A DNA stretch of 63,229 nucleotides, counting the filler, from Rhabdomonas costata (taxonomy: Eukaryota): assembly GCA_019059605.1 (NCBI GenBank). It is 39 parts of 39 records of this genome, joined end to end, with 100 filler letters (N's around TTAATTAATTAA, not from the genome) between each part and the next. Parts side by side here need not be neighbours in the genome. Positions count along the whole stretch, not along the records: positions 61,707 to 63,229 come from JAHMHO010013861.1; 38 more parts are not named here. The stretch is one strand, 5' to 3'. Shown here one piece after another: positions 61,851 through 63,229 of this stretch. Position 1 is the first letter of the stretch; the number at the start of each line of letters is the position of its first letter. The position numbers were made by a program, and so were the translations under genes. A model generated the notes under the pieces. It searched no databases. It saw nothing but the letters and a program-made list of their open reading frames with translations, and was not told the origin of the DNA.

Positions 61851-63229
61851 GATGCAAGGGATGAGGGCGCGGGTGTGTTGGCCTCGTGAAACTCGTTCAA
61901 AACCCACCCCCGGAAGACGAGGACACATTCATCCAGACCCGCATGCAGCGCCCTCCCACAGCGCTGTCCATCCAAAACGGGTTGGGCCCCGTCGGGTGCG
62001 CGGTCCGCTGAGCTGTGGAACTCTCCGTTTGCCCTTTCACATTCCGGCCCACCTCCCAACAACCCCCCGGCACTCGCCCGCTGGCCTTTCTTCACCCTTT
62101 TTTTTGCCCTGCTTTGCCGAGCCGTGCTGCTCGAAGCCTCACCGCATCCCTTGGGATCTGCATCTATTTTTGGTCCATCGCTCTACCCTCGCTCCACCCT
62201 CTGTCTCTGGTTCCTTCACGCTTCAGACCTCAGGAGAGCCCACCGAAGGTTTCTATCTATGGCGTGGGAGGCCGTACAGGTGCTGGACTCGGGCTAGGGA
62301 ATACTTGCCACCGGGCGGCTGCCCTTCGGCTGGACCTGGTCTTTGCCCATTCCTATGTCCACTCTCTTCTTGCACCTCTCCGCTTCCCTCCGTGTTTCAA
62401 TTTATTGACGATCTTCTTCTCTGCCACCCCGACCCTTTCTTTCTGTACTCTTTATGCCGCATTTCTGCTTGAAAAAGCGGCTTTCTGCTGAATGACAAGA
62501 GCATTTTCACACCCACACCAACATTGGAATGACTGGGAAAAATTCTTCAAACCTCTCTCATGCGAATCAATGCCAATCAATCCTTCCGCGTCGCAACCCT
62601 CTTTTCTTCCCTCGCTGATACCTTTCTCCGCCCGCTCACACGCCGCCGCTTGCTCCGCACGCTGGGTTTCATCCAATTGCTTGCTCGGCCGGCCGGAAGT
62701 TGGAATCTTCCTGGCCCCCCTTTACTCTCTCGTTCAACGCTCGCGAGTGCCTCGCTACTTTCCTTTACCACTTTTGGAAGCCCCTCTTACAGTGTCTCTT
62801 GCTCTGTTCACTTCCTGCCAGTACGCGTTCCCCTCCTCACCCTCTCATTTTTCCTCCCATATTTGTGGACGCCGCTCCGACTATCCCCTCTTTCGGGTTG
62901 GCACCAATCAACACCTTCGCCATCTTAACTCTGTCCGGACAACAGAATGGGTCTGTAGCCAGAACCAGGCGGAACTTTATGTTACGTAAGTTCAGCCATC
63001 TGTGCTTAATCACGGACTTCACTGCGGCATACTTCGCGATCCTCATCGCACCTCCTCTCGCCACCACTCTTGCGCCTACTCCGTCGCATCTGGCGCACCG
63101 CACACCAGTATCGCCTTGGTCTTGCCCTGGCTCTTGTTTCTTCGGAAGATAACGCAGCAGATGCGGCCTCTCGCATACACATCTTTCCTCCTGCGCATCC
63201 AATCTCACTGCACTCACGCGTCCCTTCAA

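Overview
This window is not one locus. It is 39 unrelated contigs of about 1.5 kb, joined by 100-bp artificial spacers (N44-TTAATTAATTAA-N44). Most contig ends carry G/T-only (5') or A/C-only (3') tails, which suggests semi-random whole-genome amplification of a single cell or small pool. Four DNA sources can be distinguished. (1) Nuclear DNA of an intron-rich flagellated protist, probably a euglenid: GT-AG-split exons of DNALI1/p28, TXNDC9/PhLP3, stefin, a PMCA Ca-ATPase, a class III cyclase, a histidine kinase, VPS13, RMD1/DUF155, a beta-hydroxyacid dehydrogenase, and ankyrin, SPRY and ABCG proteins, plus decayed Ty3/gypsy, non-LTR and tyrosine-recombinase retroelements. (2) Strand-skewed GT-rich contigs (8125-9653, 14628-16152, 21122-22646) that the ORF track mostly misses. 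They are mosaics of mitochondrial gene fragments: cox1, cox2, cob, and probably nad5 and nad4. In cox1, six in-frame TAG codons all sit at conserved Tyr positions, including the Tyr of HPEVY, which points to a UAG=Tyr mitochondrial code. The same fragments also carry G:C>T:A-biased changes at invariant residues and block deletions, so they are either decayed copies or edited cryptogenes. (3) An AT-rich giant-virus-like contig (47094-48617) with an AAAATTGA motif and 3' hairpins. (4) A divergent bacterial-type contig (55213-56736) with tRNA-Leu, tRNA-Phe, bolA and a TAG-interrupted frr. All protein assignments come from motif recognition by eye; no searches were run.
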